IMG/VR virus record: IMGVR_UViG_3300031949_000001
Coordinates: 32,001 to 96,000 of that record
DNA: 64,000 bases
Strand: one strand, 5' to 3'
Source of the DNA: a virus
Taxonomy: Duplodnaviria; Heunggongvirae; Uroviricota; Caudoviricetes
The translations under genes and the position numbers were made by a program. Positions 19,709 to 28,548 of the stretch are shown piece after piece (positions within the stretch are counted from its first letter, which is position 1; each line of letters starts with the position of its first letter). The notes below the pieces were generated by a model. That model saw only the letters and a program-made list of their open reading frames with translations. It was not told the DNA's origin and ran no database searches.

Positions 19709-22700
19709 ATGGTTACAGTAACAAGTCTTGACCAATACAAGTCAAAAATTTCATTCGGTGGCGGTGATAACGACGCAGCCGTAATAGGTGGCGTGAATAC
19801 TGCTCTATTGGGCAAAAACTGGACAGTTCATGACGCGCTTGCGAATACATCTGGCACACAAGCAGCCGCTTTCGGCTCTACTTTAGTTGGTGGTAACGCA
19901 AGTGGTCTTGCAAACGATGCTACAGTATATACAGCTACTATTACTGTAGATGGCGCTGCGACACCTATTTCCATCGCTGGTAATGCTGCCCAAACATTTA
20001 CTACTTTGATCAATGAAATTAACACTGATCTTGCCGCCGCAGCCGTCGCATCTCTCCTTGGAAACACAATCCTCGTTACAAGCGCATCAACCGGTTTGAC
20101 ATCTACTATTTCCATGGTAGATGCACCAGTATTCGGAGTGTCTCTCCCGTTGTTCGCTTCCGTGTCTGGTTTTGCAAGATTCAATTCTCCAGTAAACGGT
20201 ATTCTTGGAAAAACTTACACCACCGCTGTTGATGGTGGAGCCGCTTCTGGTTATCAAGAAGTAAACGTTGGTGGAGCTAAGGTTGCCGGCTCAGCCTCTG
20301 GCTTGACAAACACCGCCGCCGCTCTTTACAAAGCTACCATCACTGTAGATGGTGTTGCAACCCCAATTTCTATTGCTGGTAATGCTGCCCAAACATATGG
20401 CACCGTATTGTCAGAACTTAACACAGACTTGGGTGCTTCAGCCGTTGCATCTTTAATTAACGGTAACATAAGAGTAACCTCTGCAACTACTGGTGTTAAT
20501 TCTACCATTGCAATTCTGGATACTCCAGCAACATTCGGATCACAAACAGTTAATGTTGGTGGTAACAAGACCGGAGCATCCGCAACTAACCTTGTAACTG
20601 ATACGGCTGGTTTTGATACAGTCACTTTCACCGCTCCTCCAGTAGGTGGTGGTGCAACTGGTCTTGCGGTTGATACTTCGGGTTATCAAGTTGTAGATAC
20701 TGGTGGTGGCCATGTGGGTGGAGATGCAACAGGTTTGACAAATGATGGAACAGATTATACCGCAGATGTTGTTATTGATAGTGTTACATATCCAGTTTCG
20801 GCAATTGGTAGTGCAAACCAAACATATACATTACTTTTGGGAACAATTAATGCAGCAATTGGTGCAAATGGTTTAGCTGCTATTGTTTCTGGAAACATTC
20901 GAGTTACTAGCTCTTCGACTGGTATAAGTTCAACTGTTGCTATTACAGATACTGGTGCAAATCATTTGTTCGCGTCATTGACTGGTTTTGTGGCAATTGA
21001 TGCTGCTGTTGATGGAACGACAACCAACTATACCGCTACTATTACAATTGATGCCACTGGATATCCAGTGATTGCAAATGGTGAAACAAACCAAACGTTT
21101 ACGCTATTGCTCGCCACGATTCAAGCAGCTATTGGTGCATTTGGTACGGTAGCAATCGTTGGTAGCACAATCAAAGTCACGAGTGCAACAACTGGTACAG
21201 GTTCAACAGTCGCTATTGTTGATACTGGTGCAAATCATCTATTTGATAATTTGATGAATTGGATGTCAACAGATGCTGGTACTCCTGGAACAACAACCGA
21301 TTACACCGCTACGCTTACAATCAACGGTACTGGTTATCCGGTTACAGCCAATGGTCAAACAAACCAAACATACACTTTATTAATCGCTACGCTTCAAGCG
21401 GCGGTCGGCGTGAATGGTACAGTAGGATTGGTCGGCGGAAACGTCAAAGTAACAGCAGCAGGTACACCGGGCGTTGCCTCCATTGTAGCAATTACTGCTG
21501 GTACACTTTTTGCCGCCCCATTGAATGGTTTTGTTGCTGTTCTAGCAGCGGTAGACGGAACATCTCCTGTATTCGCTTCTCTAACAGGATATGTGGCAGT
21601 TAATACAGCGGTTGCCGGTGTGGGTGCTAGTACTTTTGGTGGTTATCAAAACGTCTTTGTTGCAGGTAATAAAATTGGTAGTAGCCTTACTGGTCTAAGT
21701 AATGAGACAGCCGGTCGCCAAGATGTTGTGTTTGTTTACCAAAAGGTAGCTTCAGATTTTACTGGTCTCGCAAATGATGCCACGGCATACACTGCGGATA
21801 TAACAGTTGATGGTGTAGTTACTCCTATCTCAGTTGTTGGTTCTACCGCGCAAACATTCACCACATTACTTTCACAAATTAATACCGACTTAGGTATTGC
21901 AGCAACAGCAACATTGTTCAACGGAGTCCTTCGTGTAACAAGCGCAACAACTGGCGTTTCATCAACCGTTGAAATCGCTGATTCTGGTGCTCATCCACTA
22001 TTCGCAAGCATTGCAAATTACTATTTGGTTGCTCCAGCAGTCGCAGGTACTGCTCAAGCATACACATTCCAGGTTCTATTCGACAATGGAGTTATCAACG
22101 GATATCAAGTTGTAAATGTTGGTGCTAATAAAGTTAGCTCCTCTCTAACTAATCTTGTTGGAGTTACAACTTATACAGCAACTGTTACAGTTGATGGTGT
22201 AGGTCATCCAGTTTCGATTTTGGGTTCAACCGCTCAAACGTATGGCGAATTGGTTGCTCAGATTGAAGCAGACCTAGCTAATACCGCAGTAGTTGGACTA
22301 TCGGGTGGTAATATTCGTATCGAGTCTGTTTCAACGGGTTCAGTTTCAACTGTAGCAATAACTGCTGGTACTCTTTTTGCTGCTCCATTGAATGGATTTG
22401 TAGGATTGGTAGCAGCAATTCCAGGAGTAGTTATTGATGTTTCAGTAGCTGGCTCTGTATCTCAAACATACACTGCTCTACTAGCTGCAATTAATGTCGA
22501 TTTGGGTGCTTCCGGAGTTGCGACATTGAATAACGGTAACGTGCGTATTACAAGTGCTACAACTGGTCCAACATCCGCAGTAGTCATTCGTAATGCTGGT
22601 ACATTGTTTGCAACCGGAAGTGCGCTTACTGATTGTACCGGTCCTGGACCATCAGTCCCAGGCGCAGCAGTAACGCCAGTAACTAAGTACTACGTGGTTG

Positions 22701-22879
22701 CTACTGTCGAAGATGGTAAGTTCTCATATCAGCGTTGGACGACATGGGACGCTGGTCTACACACCGGTACCCTACCTGGACCATTGTTTGGTTTCAGCCG
22801 AAATCCACTTCATGCAGGCGCTATCTACATGTACTCCGATTACGATGTCAGCAATTTAGAGTCGTTAACCTTTGCGTAA
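19709..22879 (+). CDS. large repetitive Ala/Gly/Thr/Val-rich virion structural protein
   Basis: TATAAATA late promoter at about 19674; about 8 repeats of YTATITVDG...QT(Y/F)..L...IN.DLG...GNIRVTSATTG. Confidence 0.75.
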   Translation: MVTVTSLDQYKSKISFGGGDNDAAVIGGVNTALLGKNWTVHDALANTSGTQAAAFGSTLVGGNASGLANDATVYTATITVDGAATPISIAGNAAQTFTTLINEINTDLAAAAVASLLGNTILVTSASTGLTSTISMVDAPVFGVSLPLFASVSGFARFNSPVNGILGKTYTTAVDGGAASGYQEVNVGGAKVAGSASGLTNTAAALYKATITVDGVATPISIAGNAAQTYGTVLSELNTDLGASAVASLINGNIRVTSATTGVNSTIAILDTPATFGSQTVNVGGNKTGASATNLVTDTAGFDTVTFTAPPVGGGATGLAVDTSGYQVVDTGGGHVGGDATGLTNDGTDYTADVVIDSVTYPVSAIGSANQTYTLLLGTINAAIGANGLAAIVSGNIRVTSSSTGISSTVAITDTGANHLFASLTGFVAIDAAVDGTTTNYTATITIDATGYPVIANGETNQTFTLLLATIQAAIGAFGTVAIVGSTIKVTSATTGTGSTVAIVDTGANHLFDNLMNWMSTDAGTPGTTTDYTATLTINGTGYPVTANGQTNQTYTLLIATLQAAVGVNGTVGLVGGNVKVTAAGTPGVASIVAITAGTLFAAPLNGFVAVLAAVDGTSPVFASLTGYVAVNTAVAGVGASTFGGYQNVFVAGNKIGSSLTGLSNETAGRQDVVFVYQKVASDFTGLANDATAYTADITVDGVVTPISVVGSTAQTFTTLLSQINTDLGIAATATLFNGVLRVTSATTGVSSTVEIADSGAHPLFASIANYYLVAPAVAGTAQAYTFQVLFDNGVINGYQVVNVGANKVSSSLTNLVGVTTYTATVTVDGVGHPVSILGSTAQTYGELVAQIEADLANTAVVGLSGGNIRIESVSTGSVSTVAITAGTLFAAPLNGFVGLVAAIPGVVIDVSVAGSVSQTYTALLAAINVDLGASGVATLNNGNVRITSATTGPTSAVVIRNAGTLFATGSALTDCTGPGPSVPGAAVTPVTKYYVVATVEDGKFSYQRWTTWDAGLHTGTLPGPLFGFSRNPLHAGAIYMYSDYDVSNLESLTFA

Positions 22880-22894
22880 TAAGAAATAAAGCGG

Positions 22895-22988
22895 CGGAAG
22901 GAAGGGGATTTGGACCCCTGACACGATGTATGAGATCGTATGTCCAGCCCTTAACTGGATGCCTTAAACCAGGCTCAGCCATCCTTCC
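22895..22988 (-). tRNA. tRNA with Ser-type body and Leu anticodon AAG
   Basis: reverse complement: GGAAGGA/TCCTTCC-G73, TCCAG-TTAAGGG-CTGGA, long V-arm; ends CCG. Confidence 0.75.
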
Positions 22989-23032
22989 GTCCTTATTTAT
23001 CGATGTCAAGAATCCAACCCGAGATGATTATC

Positions 23033-23061
23033 TTGACATTTCTCAAATAGAAGAGTAGAAT
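23033..23061 (+). promoter_or_regulatory. sigma70 promoter
   Basis: TTGACA-17 nt-TAGAAT. Confidence 0.7.
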
Positions 23062-23371
23062 CGCTAATCGTTGTGATTCTACTCTTTTTATTTGAGGATA
23101 ATATGGAAACGCTTAGACTGTTTGGATTGAAACAAATTGGTGGATCGGAACTCCTAATTGCCGATCTTTTCTTCTCAAAGAAAGAAGCCGCCAAGAAAGA
23201 GCGCATTAAGCGCAATCAAAAAGACAAAGACGGGATTGAAATCCTTGATTTCGTTGTTACCCGTGGTCCGGACCATATGGATGGATTTTCCCGCCCATCA
23301 ACCTACCGTACTGAACCTGGACGTAAGGGTGTTAAGCGTGGTACCAAATCCATGATGAAGGCGTTCGGAAA

Positions 23372-23731
23372 ATGAAATTCATTTGTGTGATGAAACAAAA
23401 CGGAGAGGGTTGTGATTACACAATCGGTTGTGGAATGAGATTTTTTACACTCAACGCGGAAACGCCCGAGGAAGCTACCGATAAAATAATCAAAAAGCTC
23501 GATTTTGAGGATTATGAATCTGGTAATTCTAATCCTGGATACCATTGTAAAGATGGTGAGCAGGAATTATCCATATGGCGGCTGTTTGAAATCAAAGCAG
23601 AATATAATTTGCTTGAATTGCTTCATCAATGGGAAGTAAATTTTAATGAAGCAGAAAACACAAGAAAGACAGCCAAAAAAGAAGCAGAAGATAGAGTGAA
23701 ATACGAAGAACTAAAACGTAAGTTTGGCTAA
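23372..23731 (+). CDS. hypothetical phage protein
   Basis: GEGCDYTIGCG motif; ATGA coupling. Confidence 0.65.
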   Translation: MKFICVMKQNGEGCDYTIGCGMRFFTLNAETPEEATDKIIKKLDFEDYESGNSNPGYHCKDGEQELSIWRLFEIKAEYNLLELLHQWEVNFNEAENTRKTAKKEAEDRVKYEELKRKFG

Positions 23732-23735
23732 AATG

Positions 23736-23810
23736 GGGTCTGTAGCTTAAAGAAGAAGCGGCGTGCTCATAACACGAGGAGTGTTGGTTTGAGTCCAACC
23801 GGACCCACCA
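23736..23810 (+). tRNA. tRNA-Met/Ile2(CAT)
   Basis: CGTG-CTCATAA-CACG; ACCA. Confidence 0.8.
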
Positions 23811-23821
23811 AGGAGAAATAT

Positions 23822-24301
23822 ATGGAATATAATATCGTACCAGACTATAACATCAAATACGAAAGGCGTATTTCTCGCTTTTGGGGATTTGATATCGATA
23901 AGGTTGAAAAACTTAAGAATGCTAAATTCGTTTGTGAAGTTGCCATTCGTACGCGAGGCGGAAGCTGGTCTGATAATCCTGTTGCTATCTTTTGGCAAGA
24001 AACGCCACCAGATTTGACCTACAGCAATTATTTCGGTTTGTTGGAGCAGATGGGTAGTCTGTATATCACAAGTGGTCAGGAAGCCGTAGAAGACGGCTTG
24101 ACGGGTATTGTTGCAGCCAATGGTGACGTAGTGTATAGTGCATATCGTCATGATTTTCGTTACAGCCCGGATAAAACTGTATGGATTGATGGAGGGCGAG
24201 ACTATGTTCGCTGTAGTGGTGCTGCTGCTGGTTTCGTCACTCTGAAGTTTGTTAAAGACAAACTAGTTGTAGATGGAATAGTAAATAGTGATTTGCAGTA
24301 A
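23822..24301 (+). CDS. hypothetical phage protein
   Basis: YRHDF...IDGGRDYVR; AAGGAG RBS. Confidence 0.7.
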   Translation: MEYNIVPDYNIKYERRISRFWGFDIDKVEKLKNAKFVCEVAIRTRGGSWSDNPVAIFWQETPPDLTYSNYFGLLEQMGSLYITSGQEAVEDGLTGIVAANGDVVYSAYRHDFRYSPDKTVWIDGGRDYVRCSGAAAGFVTLKFVKDKLVVDGIVNSDLQ

Positions 24302-24329
24302 CTAACCTAGAAGGAGTCGTAGAAATAAA

Positions 24330-24626
24330 ATGATTAACCCTAATGATCCAATTGACGTAGATGTTTTTGATGAAACAGACCACGCTCAATTGTTTGACCT
24401 AAATTGGACCGCAAAATCCATAGAAGACGTTAGAAATCTTGTTAAAACTAACACAATGTCACCGATAGAAATTGCCGTTCTGATAGCAAATAGTCCAGTT
24501 TTATGTGAAGAATGTGATGATCCAATTGATGACCGCCGAAGGCACTTAGAACCAGGAACAAAGCATTGTACCGATTGTCGCGAATTTTTAGATAAGAAAA
24601 CACGGTTGACAGGAATAACGCATTAA
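24330..24626 (+). CDS. DksA/TraR-type C4 zinc-finger protein
   Basis: CEECDDPI..RR...PG...CTDC. Confidence 0.7.
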   Translation: MINPNDPIDVDVFDETDHAQLFDLNWTAKSIEDVRNLVKTNTMSPIEIAVLIANSPVLCEECDDPIDDRRRHLEPGTKHCTDCREFLDKKTRLTGITH

Positions 24627-24647
24627 GCTATACTGCTTGCCCCGTAA

Positions 24648-25169
24648 GTGAATAAAGAAAAGGTTAAGGAAATGTTTAAGGTTGTAGAACATCTACGTCC
24701 ATATGCTCTAGTGTTAGTCGGTCTTCCTGGGACTGGCAAGTCTACTTTTGTCTCTCAACTCCCCCCACATTTCGTTGTTTTGTCTACTGACAACGTTATG
24801 GAGCGTCTGGCTAAGGAATTGGAAGTATCTTATAACGAAGCCTTCAATCTTGTTGGTTGGGAAGCGGCTGAACATCAGTATTACGAAGAATTTGCCGCTG
24901 CCACTGCGGCAGGTAAGGATATCGTTATCGATCAGACCAATGTGAGTATAAAGGTTCGTCGTCGTAAACTCTCACGTATTCCGGCTCACTACCACAAAGT
25001 AGCGGTTATCTTCACTCTTCCGGAAGATGTCCTGGCGGAACGGCTCACTGTGCGTGAAGCAAAGACCGGCAAGAAGATTCCACCACATATCATGGCGGAT
25101 ATGATCGAACGTTGGGAAGATCCAACCAAGGCAGAGGGCTTTGATAACATTGTTATTTTTAAAGATTAA
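24648..25169 (+). CDS. P-loop kinase (AAA_33/polynucleotide-kinase-like)
   Basis: GLPGTGKST, STD, IDQTN, EGFD. Confidence 0.8.
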   Translation: MNKEKVKEMFKVVEHLRPYALVLVGLPGTGKSTFVSQLPPHFVVLSTDNVMERLAKELEVSYNEAFNLVGWEAAEHQYYEEFAAATAAGKDIVIDQTNVSIKVRRRKLSRIPAHYHKVAVIFTLPEDVLAERLTVREAKTGKKIPPHIMADMIERWEDPTKAEGFDNIVIFKD

Positions 25170-25220
25170 AAAGAAAATATTATAAATACTCCCATAACCC
25201 AAATTTCGGGAGTTTAAAAA

Positions 25221-25580
25221 ATGATCAAAGCCATTCTTTCTTGTTTCGAAACAAGAATGAGAACATTTATAACCTTAATTTCGTTGATCACTGGATTGTT
25301 TGGAATTATTAGTGGTCTTTATTCCGCCGCCTCGTGGGCGGATTCTCGTTATGCTCATGCTGCTGATGTCAATAGGCGATTGGATGGTATACAACGGGAT
25401 AGTCTAATAATCCGCCGCCAACAACTAGACGATAAAATCTTCGAACTAAAACTCCAAAAACCGAAAACAGACGCGGTGCAAGCTTTGATCGAACGCTACA
25501 CAAACCAAATGCAGGCACTTGACGAGCAAATTACTAATATGATAGACTCACAGAACGCTAGCAATAAACCAAATCGCTAA
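25221..25580 (+). CDS. late membrane-anchored coiled-coil protein
   Basis: TATAAATA upstream; one TM segment plus coiled coil. Confidence 0.6.
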   Translation: MIKAILSCFETRMRTFITLISLITGLFGIISGLYSAASWADSRYAHAADVNRRLDGIQRDSLIIRRQQLDDKIFELKLQKPKTDAVQALIERYTNQMQALDEQITNMIDSQNASNKPNR

Positions 25581-25598
25581 GCAAGTTCTGGAGGTTTT

Positions 25599-25841
25599 AT
25601 GCCGATTCGAGAATATAAATGCTCAGATTGTGCCCACCGTTTCGAAACAATTCAAAAACTCAGTGATCCCGTCTTGACAAACTGCCCTAAATGCGGGCAT
25701 GATACGTTACTCAAACTGATATCTGCTGCGGGTTTTCAATTGAAAGGTACGGGTTGGTATAGCACTGATTTTAAAACACCTACTACTCTTCCTACTGTCG
25801 ATACTACAACAATCGTTGATAAACCACCCACACTAACATGA
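25599..25841 (+). CDS. FmdB-family zinc-ribbon protein
   Basis: MPIREYKCSDC...CPKCG...KGTGWYSTD. Confidence 0.85.
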   Translation: MPIREYKCSDCAHRFETIQKLSDPVLTNCPKCGHDTLLKLISAAGFQLKGTGWYSTDFKTPTTLPTVDTTTIVDKPPTLT

Positions 25842-26190
25842 TACAACTTTACACTATCCATAAGTTTATAAGAAACAAACTATTTAAAGCGCCATATAAT
25901 TCTTTGTCGGTAGAAGAGACGAAATATTATTCAATTCATCCAGTTGAATTGTATTATGAGTGTGTACGATTGGCACAGCTTCATTTATCTGAAATTCATG
26001 CCGCCAATCCAAGCACCAAATATTCATTATTGCTTGATAGATATACTGTCGTCTTTCGTCCAGTTGATAGTATAGAAAACGTAAGTAATTATCCAGGACT
26101 TGAACTCTTGGACGACGGTGATGAAAGATATGCTGTCGCTTGGTTGGTTGTTCCGGTTTTAAACAACGAAGAAATAAATGAAGAAGTCCC

Positions 26191-26219
26191 TTGACTTTTA
26201 GTTTCGGACTATATATACT
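26191..26219 (+). promoter_or_regulatory. sigma70 promoter of tRNA cluster 2
   Basis: TTGACT-17 nt-TATACT. Confidence 0.8.
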
Positions 26220-26295
26220 GTACAGACGTTGTTAATTCCGTTTGAATTAACTGGTGGAGGCGGTCTGGAAACCAGACGCCCTTTTGGAGATTAAA

Positions 26296-26376
26296 ATGTT
26301 TACAGCAACTCAGACAAAGCGTATTGCGAATGTGGTCGATAATCAAAGACCACAGGGGTTTTTCGTGTCTAAGTAA
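26296..26376 (+). CDS. attenuator leader peptide 2, MFTATQTKRIANVVDNQRPQGFFVSK
   Basis: GGAG RBS; 26 codons; 3' end covers the antiterminator strand. Confidence 0.8.
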   Translation: MFTATQTKRIANVVDNQRPQGFFVSK

Positions 26377-26426
26377 GCTGAAACTAAGCAAGCAAACATG
26401 AAAAGCCCTAGAGATAGGGCTTTTTT
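26355..26426 (+). terminator. attenuator: antiterminator (26355-26368) and intrinsic terminator (26401-26426)
   Basis: AAAAGCCCTA-GAGA-TAGGGCTTTTTT; GGGGTTTTTCGTGT pairs with ACATGAAAAGCCCT (14 bp, 3 G-U). Confidence 0.85.
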
Positions 26427-26446
26427 ATTTGTATGTTTTTGTTGAC

Positions 26447-26462
26447 TGCTCTTTAAAAATTT
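26447..26462 (+). promoter_or_regulatory. boxA Nus antitermination site
   Basis: TGCTCTTTAAAAATTT, near-identical to rrn boxA. Confidence 0.75.
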
Positions 26463-26584
26463 GGTAGCATATATAAGCTTTACTATCCAGTTTGTAGGAT
26501 GGGTAAGTGTTGTCACCGGCTAGTGGATAACCCTCGGGTCTTACGGTTAGCGTTGTGTTAACTGTTCACTAAAAGGAGATTATC

Positions 26585-26929
26585 ATGAACACATTTTACG
26601 GAAATTGGGGATGTAAAGAGGACGTTGCTGGCGATTTTGCTGTTGATATGAAGGCTTTGCGAGGAGTGAAGATTCTGTTCGCTTGGTATAGCTATGAAGA
26701 CTATTCTGGTTCGGCATTCGTGTTGTTTCAGAAGGGACGAAAGTTGTATGAAGTGCATGGAGGGCATTGCTCTTGTAATGGTCTGGAAGGTCAATGGGAA
26801 CCGACAGTAGTTTCAACCGCTGAGTTGTTGTATCGTTTAGAGAATGGGGAGTGTTACTATTTTCCGAGCGATCACAAGGACGAAATGGTTGCATTTTTGA
26901 AGGGAGGAATGAAAAGCAATCGTCAGTAG
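26585..26929 (+). CDS. hypothetical phage protein
   Basis: YEDYSGSAF...EVHGGHCSCNGLEGQW; strong RBS. Confidence 0.75.
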   Translation: MNTFYGNWGCKEDVAGDFAVDMKALRGVKILFAWYSYEDYSGSAFVLFQKGRKLYEVHGGHCSCNGLEGQWEPTVVSTAELLYRLENGECYYFPSDHKDEMVAFLKGGMKSNRQ

Positions 26930-26976
26930 TAACATGGTTTTGCTAGTTGTACCGGTACAAGAACAACTAGCATTTT

Positions 26977-27050
26977 GGTCCCTTGATGTAATGGTAACGT
27001 GCTTCGTTTACACCGAAGATTCAACAGTTCGATTCTGTTAGGGACTACCA
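26977..27050 (+). tRNA. tRNA-Val(TAC)
   Basis: CTTCG-TTTACAC-CGAAG; ACCA. Confidence 0.9.
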
Positions 27051-27055
27051 ACTAT

Positions 27056-27129
27056 TCCCGATTAGTATAATGGCAACACGCGCGCCTTGTAAGCTTGAAA
27101 TGAGGGTTCGATTCCTTCATCGGGAACCA
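27056..27129 (+). tRNA. tRNA-Thr(TGT)
   Basis: CTTGTAA loop, weak anticodon stem; ACCA. Confidence 0.75.
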
Positions 27130-27146
27130 AATTTAAGGAGGATGTC

Positions 27147-27314
27147 ATGGATCAGTCAGAAGATTTGGATTTATTTAGCGTAATGAAAATGGACCCACCT
27201 ACAGGTCAAATCTTCAAGCTGAAATTGGTTGAAAGATTTGGTAATGTAAAAACTGAGGAGGATGCTATGACACCGCTAAACGCAAATGGAAACGACACTA
27301 CGGTCTCCGAGTAA
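27147..27314 (+). CDS. small protein with gp23-like motif
   Basis: AAGGAGG RBS; MDQSEDLDLFSVMKMDPPTGQIFKLK... Confidence 0.55.
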   Translation: MDQSEDLDLFSVMKMDPPTGQIFKLKLVERFGNVKTEEDAMTPLNANGNDTTVSE

Positions 27315-27343
27315 TAGGAAAAACCGAAGATGATAAGGATGTA

Positions 27344-27598
27344 GTGTTCGGAAGTGATGTTTTTAATCTCTGTGATTCACAGGGGATGCCATTAGATTCA
27401 GTTCTAGATCGGCTAAAAGAAGATGAGAAGCTAGTAAGCTGGTGTGATTATTTCGAAGCTGGAGTTGATCATGGCTGGAAATGGGACCGAATCTTCAGCA
27501 TGATTGAATATTCTCTGGACGACATTTATGGAAGAGAGTATTCTGGAGAAGTGTTAAAGAGATTGAGGGTTTATATAAGAGGAAAATTAAATGTATGA
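27344..27598 (+). CDS. AlaRS helical-subdomain-like small protein
   Basis: GSDVFNLCDSQGMPLD resembles AlaRS G..AF.LYDTYGFP.D; start uncertain. Confidence 0.5.
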   Translation: MFGSDVFNLCDSQGMPLDSVLDRLKEDEKLVSWCDYFEAGVDHGWKWDRIFSMIEYSLDDIYGREYSGEVLKRLRVYIRGKLNV

Positions 27599-27885
27599 AA
27601 TCATTTTTATGGGAGTTGTTTTTGTGATAGGATGTGTTTTTGTGTTTTACCCGCGACATCCGAAAGGCGATTCAAGACGTAATTTAGAGTTTTTAGTAAT
27701 TAATAGTTTCTTTAAGAGACCAAAAGCGGCTGAGAAAAATTTAGATAAATTTGTTCGACAAAGACTTGAACAAATTTTGAAAGATGAAACGGATTGAAGT
27801 TTTACGTGGTCAGGAGAGTAAACGGAGAATGGGCACCGAAAAGCCTTTGAAGCTTAGTAGGAGATACCTCACCCGCCACATTTTT

Positions 27886-27960
27886 GGGACCGTAGTTCAG
27901 TGGTAGAATGCTACAATGACACTGTAGAGGTCGAAAGTCCGATTCTTTCCGGTCCTACCA
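27886..27960 (+). tRNA. tRNA-Val(GAC)
   Basis: CTACA-ATGACAC-TGTAG; ACCA. Confidence 0.85.
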
Positions 27961-28290
27961 ATTTGGAGAATAGTAATGATTTTAACGTTTAAGTGTAGAA
28001 ATTGTGGTTCGGATATAACCACAAAAGATTTCAAAGATAAAGTTGCAGAGGCTTGCGATTCTTGTGGTATTATTTGGGAAGCTAAACCAGATGGAACGGT
28101 TGAATTAGAACTGACGCAATTAGTTGGTGGTAAGTTCGGAGAAGATGGCGTGTGTGATAAGAGTTTACGCTGGAGTGTGTTTCCAGAAATACTACGGAAA
28201 GCTGTGTTGAAAGATGTGCGTGAAGAATTTTATGAAAAAGAAGTTCAGGTAATGGAAAAAGAAGATGCCTGGATGCGTAAGTAGTACAAT

Positions 28291-28367
28291 GGGAGTGTCG
28301 TATAACGGCTCATTACATTCGGCTCTTAACCGATAAAATTAGGGTTCAATTCCCTACGCTCCTACCA
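28291..28367 (+). tRNA. tRNA-Lys(CTT)
   Basis: TCGG-CTCTTAA-CCGA; ACCA. Confidence 0.9.
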
Positions 28368-28372
28368 AATTT

Positions 28373-28469
28373 GGGACAATAGTTCAAAAGTAGAACGGTA
28401 ATCTCGGCGTTCATAGACGTGTGATATTAGTCCAGACAGATACGGGTGAGAGTCCTGTTTGTTCCACCA
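28373..28469 (+). ncRNA. tRNA-like RNA with elongated anticodon arm (TCATAG loop)
   Basis: GGGACAA/TTGTTCC-ACCA; D- and T-arms present. Confidence 0.6.
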
Positions 28470-28477
28470 AAGTTTAA

Positions 28478-28548
28478 CTCCTGTCTGATGGACAGCATTT
28501 AGGTTGCGAGCCTAAATTGGGTCGGTTCGATCCCGACACAGGGGTCCA
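28478..28548 (+). tRNA. tRNA-Arg(GCG), truncated D-arm
   Basis: TTAGG-TTGCGAG-CCTAA; TCCA. Confidence 0.7.

Noticed and set aside
19828-21921. Antisense and alternative-frame ORFs within the large structural gene
   Set aside because: By-product of the biased Ala/Gly/Thr/Val codon composition.
27806-27879. TPP or glycine riboswitch
   Set aside because: Only fragments of the motifs are present, and it precedes a tRNA rather than a metabolic gene.
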